Part shown: positions 39,787 to 49,491 of the stretch, piece by piece | Position numbering within the stretch: position 1 is the first letter of the stretch | How the letters are laid out: every line of letters begins with the position of its first letter | Assembly: GCA_965116925.1 (NCBI GenBank) | Contig: OZ220744.1 | Coordinates: 1,536,001-1,600,000 of the forward strand | Length of the DNA: 64,000 nucleotides | From: Candidatus Poribacteria bacterium | GTDB lineage: Bacteria; Poribacteria; WGA-4E; PCPOR2b | Direction of reading: 5' to 3' | Notes under the pieces: generated by a model | The model's database searches: none | Told to the model about the DNA's origin: nothing | The model's input: only the letters and a program-made list of their open reading frames with translations | Position numbers and translations under genes: made by a program

Positions 39787-42540
39787 CTATTGACTGAACT
39801 GTTGGGCGACAAAGACCAGATCGAGGATGTTGACGACCCCATCGCCATTGGGGTCTGGTGTAGATTTACCTAGTCCATTGGCGACCTGGACCAGATCCAA
39901 GATGTTGACCCTTCCATCGCTGTTGACATCGGCGGGGTTTTTGGCTTTGAGATAGATTTCACCGTCGAGGTCGGGGAGCAGGTGGGTTGTGGAGGAACGG
40001 AGATCTCCGTTCCCTACAGCGGTGGCGGATGAGGGGAGTACGATTGTTTGGGCTTTTCCACTTCGATTATAGACCGCCCAGCCGTTGGTAAACTCCCTGA
40101 TATACAAGTTCGGCACATTTTGATAGCGTTGGGCAATCGGACTGACGGGTTGTCCGAGGTCAGCGTCCCAGAAGGAGTACCAGTAGTGCTCTTGGTAAAA
40201 GTGTCCTGTAGTATATAATGCGTATCCGTCGGAAAGGGTGAGACTCATTGTGGTGAAGAAACGCATCCAACGCTTATTTGTTGGACTATCTGGGGGTTGG
40301 GTGGGAATCCCTTGTCCTCTTAAGCAGGTAATTTGGGGTTCTCTGGCGTTTGCTTCAAACCAGCGGAGGGTATCTTCAATTTCAGCAACCCTGCGGCGTG
40401 TATAACCACCTTCATCATAGAAGGTTTCCATGAAACTGCCGTTGATGTAGGGTGCTGAGGCTGGAAGTTTGCTCTGGTTGCTATTGCAGATGATGAGAAA
40501 GTCGTCGGGGACGTTGGCACGGATACGTTGTAGGATTGAGGTTCGTGCTTCTTGCTCTTCCTCTAAGGTGCTATAGTATCGTCGCGATCCGTCCCCGAAA
40601 CGATCTACGAGAAAACGCCACTCCCCTTCAGTCCACGCGTCGAATTGGATGCCGTCAAACAATCCACATTCTGAGACAGAGATTGCTTGTTGAACAATGA
40701 TGTCTTGCACTTCTGGTATTCTGAAATCAATAAGGTAACTGTCCGTAAAGGTGCGTGAACCTCTAACAGGTTTACCATTTTCGTCTCTTAGCCAGCCGAA
40801 CCAATTTTCAGGATACTGGCCAGAGGTATGGGCATTTCTTATTCGGATTTCAACGAGGAAAATCATATTAGGGTTTTTGGCGAGTAGTTCCTCACGTTCG
40901 GTCATTGCAGTGTCTATATCGCCAGCTAGTGTAGACCATGGTGAAGTCTGTAGAAAATGGAGCCCAAAAGGAATATGATTCCAATATATATCATGATATG
41001 AGATACGGTCTTTGAACGATAAGTGAGACAGATTAACTGCTCTATCACCCCAGCTTTGAATAATAGAGGGGAGATTCCGATTTTCGATTCGATCTTGAAT
41101 TGGGGGGGCTGGTAATGAACACACCTGATCGTAGGTAAAAATAGGCAGAGATAGATTTAGAACTGGAGTAATATCTATGATGTTATTTCTTTCTATATGA
41201 AGTTCTTCCAATGCGGTTAAATTGGCAAGTGGGCTAACATCGACAATCTGGTTAGATACGAGGCTTAAACGAACGAGTTGGGTTAGATTTGCAAGCGGGG
41301 TGATATCGCGCAACAGCATGTGCGATAGCCACGCTGTTTTTAGTTGTGTTAAATTCGCAAGGGTGGTTATATCTGACAGTCTAACACCTGCAAGATTGAT
41401 ATAGGTGAGATTGGTCAAGTTTGCAAGGGGTGTGAGATCGGCGATCGGATTGTCTCTCAGTTCCAGAACTTCCAAGTGCATCAATCCGGCTAATGGGGTT
41501 ATATCTCGAATCTCATTTTCAGGGAGAGCGAGGTGTTTCAAATTAGTCGCATGTTCCAGACCCGTTAAGTCTACTATTTGGTACTCCTTCGCAGTTAGTG
41601 ACGTTAATTGGTTTATCAGTAATTGTGTGATGGGTGTTCCAGATGGTAGTCCCATTTCCTCACGGATAACGCGCTCCAAATTTGAATCTGCTATTTCCAC
41701 AGCACCGGAAGCGAGTTCCTGCAACTTGTGGATATCAACGTCCACACTCTGAAGATTCAATCCAAAGAGTGGACGGAAGTCTGCTATGGCATTGTTGGCA
41801 AGTGTCAGATCGGTCAGCTGTGTTAAATTGGCAAGCGGACTCACATCAACAATCTGATTTCTGGCAATCCGTAGTTCTTTCAACGCAGTTAAATTCACGA
41901 GAGGACTGATATCTACAATCTGATTATCTTCAATGGTGAGTTTCTCCAACTGTGTTAAATTAGCAATAGGGCTGATATCGACAATCTGATTCGTAGTTAC
42001 ATTTAACCAGATAAGCTGCATCAGGTTTGCCAAGGGGGTGATGTCTCTTATCTGACAGTGTATCAGATGAATTTCTCTTAACTGCATGAGGTTCGATAGG
42101 GGGGTAAGATCCTCTATAGGTATACCGGCGAGATTGAGATATGTTAGTTGTGTGAGATTGGCAAGGGGCGAAAAATCGGCGATTGGATTTTCTACAAGTG
42201 CTAGCAGTCTCAAGTTTGTCAGTTCTGCCAATGGCGTGATATCTTGAATCTGATTGAAAGAGAGTTCAAGGCGGCTCAGGTTGGGGGCATATTCTAAGCC
42301 GGTGAGGTCGATTATCTCGCGGTTCTCAGCTAGCAAGTTTATTAAGCGTTGCATCTCCTGCCGAGCGATGGGTTGACCATCCGGGAGTTGCAGGGTTTCT
42401 CGGATAGCCTGTCTGAGATTCGGGTCGGGGATCTCTACTACTTGAGCAGAGGCGTGGGGGCTGAGAAGGACTGTCAAGATGGCAAGGATAAGAAAACGAG
42501 AAAACGGGAAAACGAGAAAACGGGACAGCGAAAATTTCAT
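39787..42540 (-). CDS. Secreted LRR protein paralogue with GH-like domain and dockerin, lacking the FlgD-like tail
   Basis: Same architecture as 36358..39669 (FDGIQFD, REFTNGWAVYNRSG); ends right after the dockerin. Confidence 0.88.
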   Translation of the reverse strand: MKFSLSRFLVFPFSRFLILAILTVLLSPHASAQVVEIPDPNLRQAIRETLQLPDGQPIARQEMQRLINLLAENREIIDLTGLEYAPNLSRLELSFNQIQDITPLAELTNLRLLALVENPIADFSPLANLTQLTYLNLAGIPIEDLTPLSNLMQLREIHLIHCQIRDITPLANLMQLIWLNVTTNQIVDISPIANLTQLEKLTIEDNQIVDISPLVNLTALKELRIARNQIVDVSPLANLTQLTDLTLANNAIADFRPLFGLNLQSVDVDIHKLQELASGAVEIADSNLERVIREEMGLPSGTPITQLLINQLTSLTAKEYQIVDLTGLEHATNLKHLALPENEIRDITPLAGLMHLEVLELRDNPIADLTPLANLTNLTYINLAGVRLSDITTLANLTQLKTAWLSHMLLRDITPLANLTQLVRLSLVSNQIVDVSPLANLTALEELHIERNNIIDITPVLNLSLPIFTYDQVCSLPAPPIQDRIENRNLPSIIQSWGDRAVNLSHLSFKDRISYHDIYWNHIPFGLHFLQTSPWSTLAGDIDTAMTEREELLAKNPNMIFLVEIRIRNAHTSGQYPENWFGWLRDENGKPVRGSRTFTDSYLIDFRIPEVQDIIVQQAISVSECGLFDGIQFDAWTEGEWRFLVDRFGDGSRRYYSTLEEEQEARTSILQRIRANVPDDFLIICNSNQSKLPASAPYINGSFMETFYDEGGYTRRRVAEIEDTLRWFEANAREPQITCLRGQGIPTQPPDSPTNKRWMRFFTTMSLTLSDGYALYTTGHFYQEHYWYSFWDADLGQPVSPIAQRYQNVPNLYIREFTNGWAVYNRSGKAQTIVLPSSATAVGNGDLRSSTTHLLPDLDGEIYLKAKNPADVNSDGRVNILDLVQVANGLGKSTPDPNGDGVVNILDLVFVAQQFSQ

Positions 42541-42571
42541 AGTAACTCCTTTATTTATTGATAAGAATAAA

Positions 42572-42664
42572 GGCTCATGTTAAGAAATAGTGCAAAGAGA
42601 AACCGAGTTTTGAAGAAAAAACTCGGTTTCTCTTTGCATTTTGCACTTTCTTTTGATATGAACC
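42572..42664. mobile_element. MITE family C with GAAACCGAGTTTT hairpin cargo
   Basis: GGCTCATGTTAAGAAA ... TTTCTTTTGATATGAACC; related copies near 4312, 20178, 30990 and 45288. Confidence 0.7.
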
Positions 42665-42758
42665 AGTGTTTTATACATCTATCACCCCGCTGGGGCTTCG
42701 TAGTTCCCGCAAATTGAAAATTTCTATTTATCGGAAATCGCCCGTGCCACACATAACT

Positions 42759-42881
42759 TAGGGTCATTTAATTCTCCCGTCGCTCGATCTCCCGGTCGAG
42801 GCTACGGCGGGGCAAGATGCCCCGCCTACGGATTTGGGTCATTCCGAAATCGGTTAAAAAACGGAAAACTAAATAGCCCTA
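42759..42881. mobile_element. MITE family F (TAGGGTCATTTA..TAAATAGCCCTA)
   Basis: TIRs; interrupted copy at 27622-27853; carries a GTAG hairpin at 42806-42829. Confidence 0.75.
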
Positions 42882-42983
42882 AATCTGGCTTGACAACGCG
42901 GTATGTTTTTGCTAAGATGATTTTGATTTGCAATAGGGCATTTTCGTCTGGCGTGTTGTTATCGAATGGGTGGTGTCGGATTT

Positions 42984-43796
42984 TCATACGACTTCTTTTT
43001 CGGGACGTGGCAGGTTCGCCCAATTTTCGTCGGCATCCACACCACCACAGAGGATGCTGCCCTGATTCCACCCTTCGTGCGCGATGACATCTGTCGAAGC
43101 GTAGCGCATCGTCAGCCCGCAACGGCGGCGATTGGAGTTGTTGCGGGGCGAACCGTGCAACAGCAGGTCAGAATGCAGGGAAATTTCACCAGATTTCAAT
43201 TCGATGTGAACGGGTTCAGCGCGAATCTCTGTGGCTTCGGCGGTTCGGTATAGCACGTTGTCTTCGGCGGGATCGCTGGCGTGGTGTTTTAATTCTCCGC
43301 GGCGGTGGGATCCGGGGATAAATTGCATACAGGCATTTTCGATATCCGCATCGTCAATGGCAAGCCATACAGTGACAGTCTTTGAGGGGGTTAGGGGCCA
43401 GTAATGTGCATCTTGATGCCATGAGACCGTTTTTCCATCGCCGGGCATCTTGCAGAAATAGTGCGTTCCCCAGCAGACAAAGTTTGGTCCAAGCAGATCT
43501 TGAACATATTCTAAGATGATTGGATTCACGACGAGGTCGTAGAGGCCTTGGCAGTGTTTATGATAGCCGTTGATTGAGTAGCTATTTTTGTCGGGCTCGA
43601 GGTTCGTGAGTAACTTATCGAGATATTGTCGGTTCGCAGTTATTTCCTCACAATTGAAGATGCGAAACCCTTTCAGGTAACCATTCTGATTGTAAAATTC
43701 GATTTGTGCTTGGGAAAGCTGACGCGGTCGTTCGCATTTGGAGGGATAGAACCTCAAATCTCGCTTGAGATGGGGCCATGTGCGGTCATTTGCCAT
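42984..43796 (-). CDS. Phytanoyl-CoA dioxygenase (PhyH) family Fe/2OG dioxygenase
   Basis: WHQD, IPGSH and LLHGS..N.S..RR motifs. Confidence 0.9.
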   Translation of the reverse strand: MANDRTWPHLKRDLRFYPSKCERPRQLSQAQIEFYNQNGYLKGFRIFNCEEITANRQYLDKLLTNLEPDKNSYSINGYHKHCQGLYDLVVNPIILEYVQDLLGPNFVCWGTHYFCKMPGDGKTVSWHQDAHYWPLTPSKTVTVWLAIDDADIENACMQFIPGSHRRGELKHHASDPAEDNVLYRTAEATEIRAEPVHIELKSGEISLHSDLLLHGSPRNNSNRRRCGLTMRYASTDVIAHEGWNQGSILCGGVDADENWANLPRPEKEVV

Positions 43797-43839
43797 AATT
43801 TGTATAACCTCTTGTTTTTGATAGAGATCTTTTTATTTT

Positions 43840-43972
43840 GGCTCATGTCAAAAGAAAATGCAAAATGCGAAGAGAAATCGTAGGGGCGGGGTCTCCCCGC
43901 CCGCAGTAAGGGTTGGGGGACCCAACCCCTACGAAACCTTGGTTGCTGTTGTACGCTTTCTTAACATGAGCC
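43840..43972. mobile_element. MITE family C with 8-bp TSD TTTATTTT
   Basis: Direct repeats at 43832-43839 and 43973-43980; same REP doublet as 11598. Confidence 0.85.
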
Positions 43973-44046
43973 TTTATTTTAACTTTGTGCGACAGCAGTA
44001 TACACGATGCGAAATTAAATCGGAAGTGTATTTTTGAAAACCCATA

Positions 44047-44331
44047 ATGACTATTCAAGAATTTCAAAACCTGATAGAGCGAATCTACTATGATCGAGAT
44101 GCTGAACGCGGTGTAGAAGGCACATTTGTTTGGTTCACTGAGGAGGTTGGCGAGCTTGCCAAAGAGATTCGACGTGAGCAACGGGATATAGAACGGCTTC
44201 GCGCTGAGTTTGCCGATGTATTTGCGTGGCTATCGACGCTCGCTAGTTTGCTCGGTGTCGATCTTACCGAAGCTGCAAAAATTTATGCCGATGGCTGTCC
44301 CAAGTGTGAATCTACGCCCTGCAGCTGTTAA
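44047..44331 (+). CDS. MazG-like nucleotide pyrophosphohydrolase
   Basis: EEVGELAK...EFADV; C-terminal CPKC..PC.C. Confidence 0.88.
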   Translation: MTIQEFQNLIERIYYDRDAERGVEGTFVWFTEEVGELAKEIRREQRDIERLRAEFADVFAWLSTLASLLGVDLTEAAKIYADGCPKCESTPCSC

Positions 44332-44409
44332 ATGAATTGGCAATGATGTGTAATTTCTCCGGATGTTTGCGTCAACATATATTTTGAGAGATCTTTCAAG
44401 GAGGTCAAC

Positions 44410-45237
44410 ATGGATATCGCTCCGTTAATTGAAGGACAGGAGAGTGTCTTAACTGATAAGCAGAAGAAACAGTGGAAGGAAGATGGCTATCTGGTTCTGA
44501 AAGGCATCTTGTCTTCAGAGGAGATTGAGAATTTGACAGCCGTTGTTGATCAGATGTACGAGGAACATCTTCAACAGCCGGATGTAAAACCGGACGCGGG
44601 ACTGGATCGGCGAAACGTTATGGAGGAGCATGACATCTTTGTTGATCTGATGGATCATCCTGCGGCATTTCCGATCGCGCTTGAGTTGATGAGTCCTTAC
44701 ATACACCTGAGTATGTCTGAGGTCATTGTCCGACCGACAGATCCTGAAGGGAAGGGACTTTTGCACACGGATGGCGGTCAGGCGATGCGCCAGATACGGG
44801 TGAGCGAAAGCAGTCTACCGTTTCAGATCAAATTCCAATATTTCCTGACGGATCTGCCTGAACCGGATATGGGCAACTTCACAGTCGTCCCCGGCAGTCA
44901 CAACCGCCCCTTTCCAGAAGGTGGATTTGAGGAGGGACCGTATATCCCCGAAGCGTTGCCACTATGTGTGGAGGCGGGCGATGTCGCTATTTTTCCCCAT
45001 GCGATGTGGCACGGCTTCGTCGCGAATAGATCGGATAAACCGCGCAAATCGTTGATCTATTGTTACGTCCATCAATGTATGCGGGCGTTTGATTTTGAAA
45101 AGCCATCGCCGGAATTGCTGGAGCGGTGCACACCTCGACAGCGGCGTTTGGTTGGGGATATTGGCGAGTGGAAAGCTGGTTCTTACTTCTATTCACCACC
45201 TGATCAGGTGGAAGTGATGCTCGGAAATGAAACGTGA
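44410..45237 (+). CDS. PhyH family dioxygenase
   Basis: LHTD, VPGSH and MWHG..N.S..RK motifs; GGAGG RBS. Confidence 0.9.
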   Translation: MDIAPLIEGQESVLTDKQKKQWKEDGYLVLKGILSSEEIENLTAVVDQMYEEHLQQPDVKPDAGLDRRNVMEEHDIFVDLMDHPAAFPIALELMSPYIHLSMSEVIVRPTDPEGKGLLHTDGGQAMRQIRVSESSLPFQIKFQYFLTDLPEPDMGNFTVVPGSHNRPFPEGGFEEGPYIPEALPLCVEAGDVAIFPHAMWHGFVANRSDKPRKSLIYCYVHQCMRAFDFEKPSPELLERCTPRQRRLVGDIGEWKAGSYFYSPPDQVEVMLGNET

Positions 45238-45442
45238 TGCGTGATGCGTGATACGTGAAAATTATTTGTTCATTGGTGCAACCTATGGAACTCGTACAAA
45301 AAGTAAAGCCAAAACAGCAAGAGAAACCGAGTTTGACCCCCCTGACAAATCCCGATTGTCTTTCCCCCCTTCGCAGGGGGTTGAAAAAACTCGGTTTCTG
45401 TTGCGCGATTTCTTAACATGAGTCCATATCGATTTGGTGGGA

Positions 45443-46609
45443 TTAGTCGATATCTGTATTTGGTAGGATGGTGGCTTTGACGCAACGCATGTCTAACGCG
45501 CTCTGCACCGCCTCCGCGACTCCCGCTTCCGTAAAGGGAAACTCCATTTGCATCCGACGCCATGGATAGCGGTCACGCGCCCGATCGAGCATGTCAATCC
45601 CCGCGGGGAGGTCGTTAGCGGTAATTCCCCAGCTTCCCACCAATTTTATGTCCTTGACACAGATGCGGTGCCAGTTCGTTTCGATAGAACCTGCGTCGGT
45701 GAATTGCCCCATCTCTACATAAGTCCCTCCGTCCCGTAGCATTTCGATCCCCTCTGGACCTGCTGAGGGGTGACCGCTGCAATCGATTACAAGATCTGCG
45801 CCAAAACCGCCGACAATCTCGCGGACAGCGTCAATCCGAGCCTGCGCTGTTCTATGCTCATCGATCGACACGGTAGCCTCCACGCCAAACTCGCGGCAGA
45901 GCGCGAGTCGCGGATTTTCAGGGGCACCCACCATGATAACACGACCCGCCCCCATTTCCTTAGCGGCTGTGATCATTAACACCCCAATCGGACCGGAGCC
46001 TTGGATGACGACGGTATCGCCGAATCGGAAGCCGTTGATTGATGCGGCACGGTTGAGGGCACGGATACAGCAGGCTAAAGGCTCAGTTAACGCTCCCAGC
46101 ATTAACGACATGTCGTCCGGCAAGCGATAGATTTTCGTGGCGGGCAACATCTCTAAGTCAACATAGACCATCTCTGCCCAGCCACCCCAGAGATGCGGCG
46201 GCTTGTCAAAGGGTAGATAGCGACCATAGTAGGTCGGGTTGAGACAGCGGTTGGCGTGCTCCGGGTAGTGGGCACAATAGTAACATTCCCCGCAAGGCAT
46301 CAACGGCGGCAGCATGACCTTGCTCCCAACTTCCAATGGATTACCCATAAAGTCTACTTCTAGGGCGGGCCCCTTTTCGACAATAACGCCAGCCAATTCG
46401 TGTCCCAATGTAAAGGGCCAAGGGAGGGGCTTGGGCCAATGCCCTTTGAGGATATGTAGGTCGGTGCCGCATACCCCACAGGCACCGACTTGGATTAGTG
46501 CCGCTTTGTCGGGCACATTTGGTCGGGGCACGGTCTGGATCTGAGGTGCAGCTCCGGGACCGTCGAAGGTTGCCACGCGTACTGTTTGCATAGGAAGCTC
46601 CAATTTCAT
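45443..46609 (-). CDS. Zinc-binding alcohol dehydrogenase
   Basis: CGTDLH, GHE, CGECYYC and GSGPIG motifs. Confidence 0.92.
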   Translation of the reverse strand: MKLELPMQTVRVATFDGPGAAPQIQTVPRPNVPDKAALIQVGACGVCGTDLHILKGHWPKPLPWPFTLGHELAGVIVEKGPALEVDFMGNPLEVGSKVMLPPLMPCGECYYCAHYPEHANRCLNPTYYGRYLPFDKPPHLWGGWAEMVYVDLEMLPATKIYRLPDDMSLMLGALTEPLACCIRALNRAASINGFRFGDTVVIQGSGPIGVLMITAAKEMGAGRVIMVGAPENPRLALCREFGVEATVSIDEHRTAQARIDAVREIVGGFGADLVIDCSGHPSAGPEGIEMLRDGGTYVEMGQFTDAGSIETNWHRICVKDIKLVGSWGITANDLPAGIDMLDRARDRYPWRRMQMEFPFTEAGVAEAVQSALDMRCVKATILPNTDID

Positions 46610-46718
46610 GAACTGTTAATACTATTAGTTTTTCACACCAGTTATGATTTCGGTGGACAATCGCCACGGTGTACAGTACAATTTAGAATTAACAAATCGG
46701 AATGTGAGGTGAATCATA

Positions 46719-46976
46719 ATGCTTCTGACGGTAGAAGGTGCCTATCGGGACGGAGAAATTGAGCTAGCAGAAATCCCTGAGAACGTTGAACAGGCTGATG
46801 TACTTGTTACCTTCCTAAAAACTAAAAAGAATGTTAAAACTCCTCCATCTTCGGTCGGTTCTCCGAAACCCCGCATAATGACTTTCGGTCAGTTCGCCGG
46901 GGAGACGAAGACTAATGAAGCCGACTTTCGTCTGGCTGAGTGGCGAGGCGAACCAGAGTTTGAAGATGCCGAGTAA
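46719..46976 (+). CDS. Putative antitoxin
   Basis: Small gene (TVEGAYRDGEIEL) overlapping the PIN gene. Confidence 0.7.
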   Translation: MLLTVEGAYRDGEIELAEIPENVEQADVLVTFLKTKKNVKTPPSSVGSPKPRIMTFGQFAGETKTNEADFRLAEWRGEPEFEDAE

Positions 46977-47370
46977 ATATGTTGTGGAGACACACGCAAT
47001 AGTCTGGTTTAACGCAGGAGATCCTCGCCTTGGACCAAATGCCAAGCGGATCTTATCCAACCCAGACAGCGAATTAATCCTTCCTATCACAGCTCTCGCC
47101 GAAGTATGTTGGATTATCGAACGCGGTAAAACGAACATTCGGAGTGTCACCGATTTCCTCTTAACGATCGACCTTGATCCTCGCGTGACTGTCACTCCAC
47201 TTGATCGTACCATCCTTGATAAAACCCTAGCACTAACTGACATCAATGAAATACACGACCGACAAATCGCTGCAACTGCTTTAGTCCTGATTGACCGTGG
47301 AGAAAATGTTGCTCTAATTACCCGTGACGAAAATATCCGCGAAACGAATCTTGTACCTGTAGTCTGGTAA
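46966..47370 (+). CDS. vapC: PIN-domain (VapC-like) toxin
   Basis: YVVETHAIVWF, LAEV, IHDRQIAATA and LITRD motifs. Confidence 0.8.
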   Translation: MPSKYVVETHAIVWFNAGDPRLGPNAKRILSNPDSELILPITALAEVCWIIERGKTNIRSVTDFLLTIDLDPRVTVTPLDRTILDKTLALTDINEIHDRQIAATALVLIDRGENVALITRDENIRETNLVPVVW

Positions 47371-47435
47371 CTTGTCCCGTATGGAGGCTGCCCCCATAGG
47401 CATCATATAAAACAAGGGCTAACTTCATTTTCCGT

Positions 47436-49352
47436 TCACCGGGGAATGATAGGGAGCACAATGTGCGAAGGGCGGTCGCGGTCAAGGTATACTGTGTTCT
47501 GCGCCACGATGGTGTGCGTATGTCGTCCCATCGGCTCGCCGGTGTTTGGGTTAATATCAAATCGGGGGAAGTTGCTGCTCGATATATCTATCCGAATCCG
47601 GTGCCCTGCCTGAAAGAGATTACAGGTCGGTGGTAGGGCGATTTGGACCTGATAGACCTCATCTGGTTCCATCAATTTTTCTTCCTCCCAACCCTCCCGA
47701 TAGCGGGTGCGGATAATCGAATCAACGAGGTTCATGTGGTAGCCGGCGGGATAATCCCCGTTTGGTGGATAGACATCAATGAGCTTCGCTGTGAAGTCGG
47801 TATCTACCGCCGACGATGAAATCCACAACTTCACCGTCATTGCCCCCGTCACTTCGATATCTTCATCTAATGGGTGAGTCTGAAACACAAGGACATCGGG
47901 TCTTGCCGCAAGGGGCAGATATGGCGGTTTAGCCCCAACGATGCCGGGTTCTTCCTTCTGGTGTGCCGCACCGTCCATAACGATACTACGCATCCGCGCT
48001 CTGGGTGGCGTGTACTGCGATGCCATCCCCTCTCCCAACGCCACCTGTTCGTAGAACCCTGTAACGTTTGCGGCGATAGTCGGCACCGGATTATCTGGAT
48101 CGTGGCGGAAACGGGCAGGGGAGTCGTTCTCTCCCGGTAGCTCCGAACTCAAGCCTCCACCGGCGTGGAGGTAGTAGGTGGTATATTCCGTGCGGGCGAG
48201 AGGCCACTCCTTTTCTGACCGCCACACACCGCCGTGGTTCAAACGTCCCTCGCTGTTGCGTCTGCCATCGCCACCACCCATCACAAAGATCCGTACCGGT
48301 GGATCATCCTCCAACCCATTTGGGCTATCCTTCAGCCACCGATCGAACCAGCGAAGACGCTCTCTATTGTATGCTTCGTCGCCCCATGCGGCGTCGGTGC
48401 CGAAGTCCACATCGCCCACGTATGAAGGCCCCGCTCCACGCATAGCACCGTGATTCCAAGGTCCCATCAGCAGCCGTTGGGCTGTTTTGTTCTGCTTGCA
48501 CATGGTCGTAAAGTAGTTTGTTGTCGCGACCGAAAAGGGATCGTACCAACCGCCGCTAAAGACCGAAGGGGCCTCAATGTGCCGGTCGAAGTAACGCTCC
48601 TGATCACAACAATCTTGCTGCCAAAATTCATCATACTCGCCACGATAGTAGTAGTTAAAAAGGGTCTGCTCAAGGTTGGGAACTACCGCCAAAGGCGTGT
48701 GCCCCGGCTTGAAAGGGGTTGAATAGACTAGATCGCGCATCCGCTCCATCGCTTGTGAAATTGAATCCTTCGCCCCCGGATTGTCTCGAATCTCCTGTGA
48801 ATCGTGGGCGTGCAGGAATAGGGCACCGAACATGTGGAGTGCCATCGCTCCACCTTCGCGTGCCTCATGTGCGTAAATGTTGGTAGGTCCCACATCCTGC
48901 CACATCGCTGTCAGGTGTGGCGGTTGATAAAGTGCCATCACGCTCTGGACAATCGCGCCGTGTGAACTGCCCACCGTCCCCACACGCCCATTTGACCACG
49001 GTTGGGCGGCGATCCATTCGACAGTATCGTAGCCGTCGTGCCCTTCAGTGGGATTGGCTGTGTGGAAATATTGCCCTGTACCTTCGGAACGTTGGCGACC
49101 GCGCAAATCTTGGATGACTGTCACGTATCCGTGTTGGGTAAAGAATTCAGCTACCGGCTCCACCCACATCTGTGGACTGTTCTTGTCATACGATGTACGC
49201 CCTAGAATGGTGGGAAACGTCCCGGGTACTAGCTCTCCGTCGAGGGTAGGTCGATAGATGTCGGTCGCCAACCGAACTCCATCGCGCATCGACACCATCA
49301 CGTCCTTAAATATGGCAATTCCGTATTTGGATTCTGATTCGTTCATAGCCAC
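47436..49352 (-). CDS. CocE/NonD family hydrolase
   Basis: MRDGVRLATDIYRP, QDLRGR, GSSHGA, GGWYD, GPWNH and SSNFPRF motifs. Confidence 0.92.
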   Translation of the reverse strand: MAMNESESKYGIAIFKDVMVSMRDGVRLATDIYRPTLDGELVPGTFPTILGRTSYDKNSPQMWVEPVAEFFTQHGYVTVIQDLRGRQRSEGTGQYFHTANPTEGHDGYDTVEWIAAQPWSNGRVGTVGSSHGAIVQSVMALYQPPHLTAMWQDVGPTNIYAHEAREGGAMALHMFGALFLHAHDSQEIRDNPGAKDSISQAMERMRDLVYSTPFKPGHTPLAVVPNLEQTLFNYYYRGEYDEFWQQDCCDQERYFDRHIEAPSVFSGGWYDPFSVATTNYFTTMCKQNKTAQRLLMGPWNHGAMRGAGPSYVGDVDFGTDAAWGDEAYNRERLRWFDRWLKDSPNGLEDDPPVRIFVMGGGDGRRNSEGRLNHGGVWRSEKEWPLARTEYTTYYLHAGGGLSSELPGENDSPARFRHDPDNPVPTIAANVTGFYEQVALGEGMASQYTPPRARMRSIVMDGAAHQKEEPGIVGAKPPYLPLAARPDVLVFQTHPLDEDIEVTGAMTVKLWISSSAVDTDFTAKLIDVYPPNGDYPAGYHMNLVDSIIRTRYREGWEEEKLMEPDEVYQVQIALPPTCNLFQAGHRIRIDISSSNFPRFDINPNTGEPMGRHTHTIVAQNTVYLDRDRPSHIVLPIIPR

Positions 49353-49491
49353 AATCCTTTACTAAGCAATGGTAGTATTTTGCAACTGTTGATAACGTGA
49401 AACGTGATGCGTGAAACGTAAAAACAATCGGTCAGTGGTGTATTGGATTATCCTCACCAACTTGCACCAAAGGTTATAGAGGGGTGCATTG

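Noticed and set aside
36358..42540. Diversity-generating retroelement acting on the LRR paralogues
   Set aside because: No reverse transcriptase, and differences between the similar segments do not look adenine-specific; simple paralogy fits.
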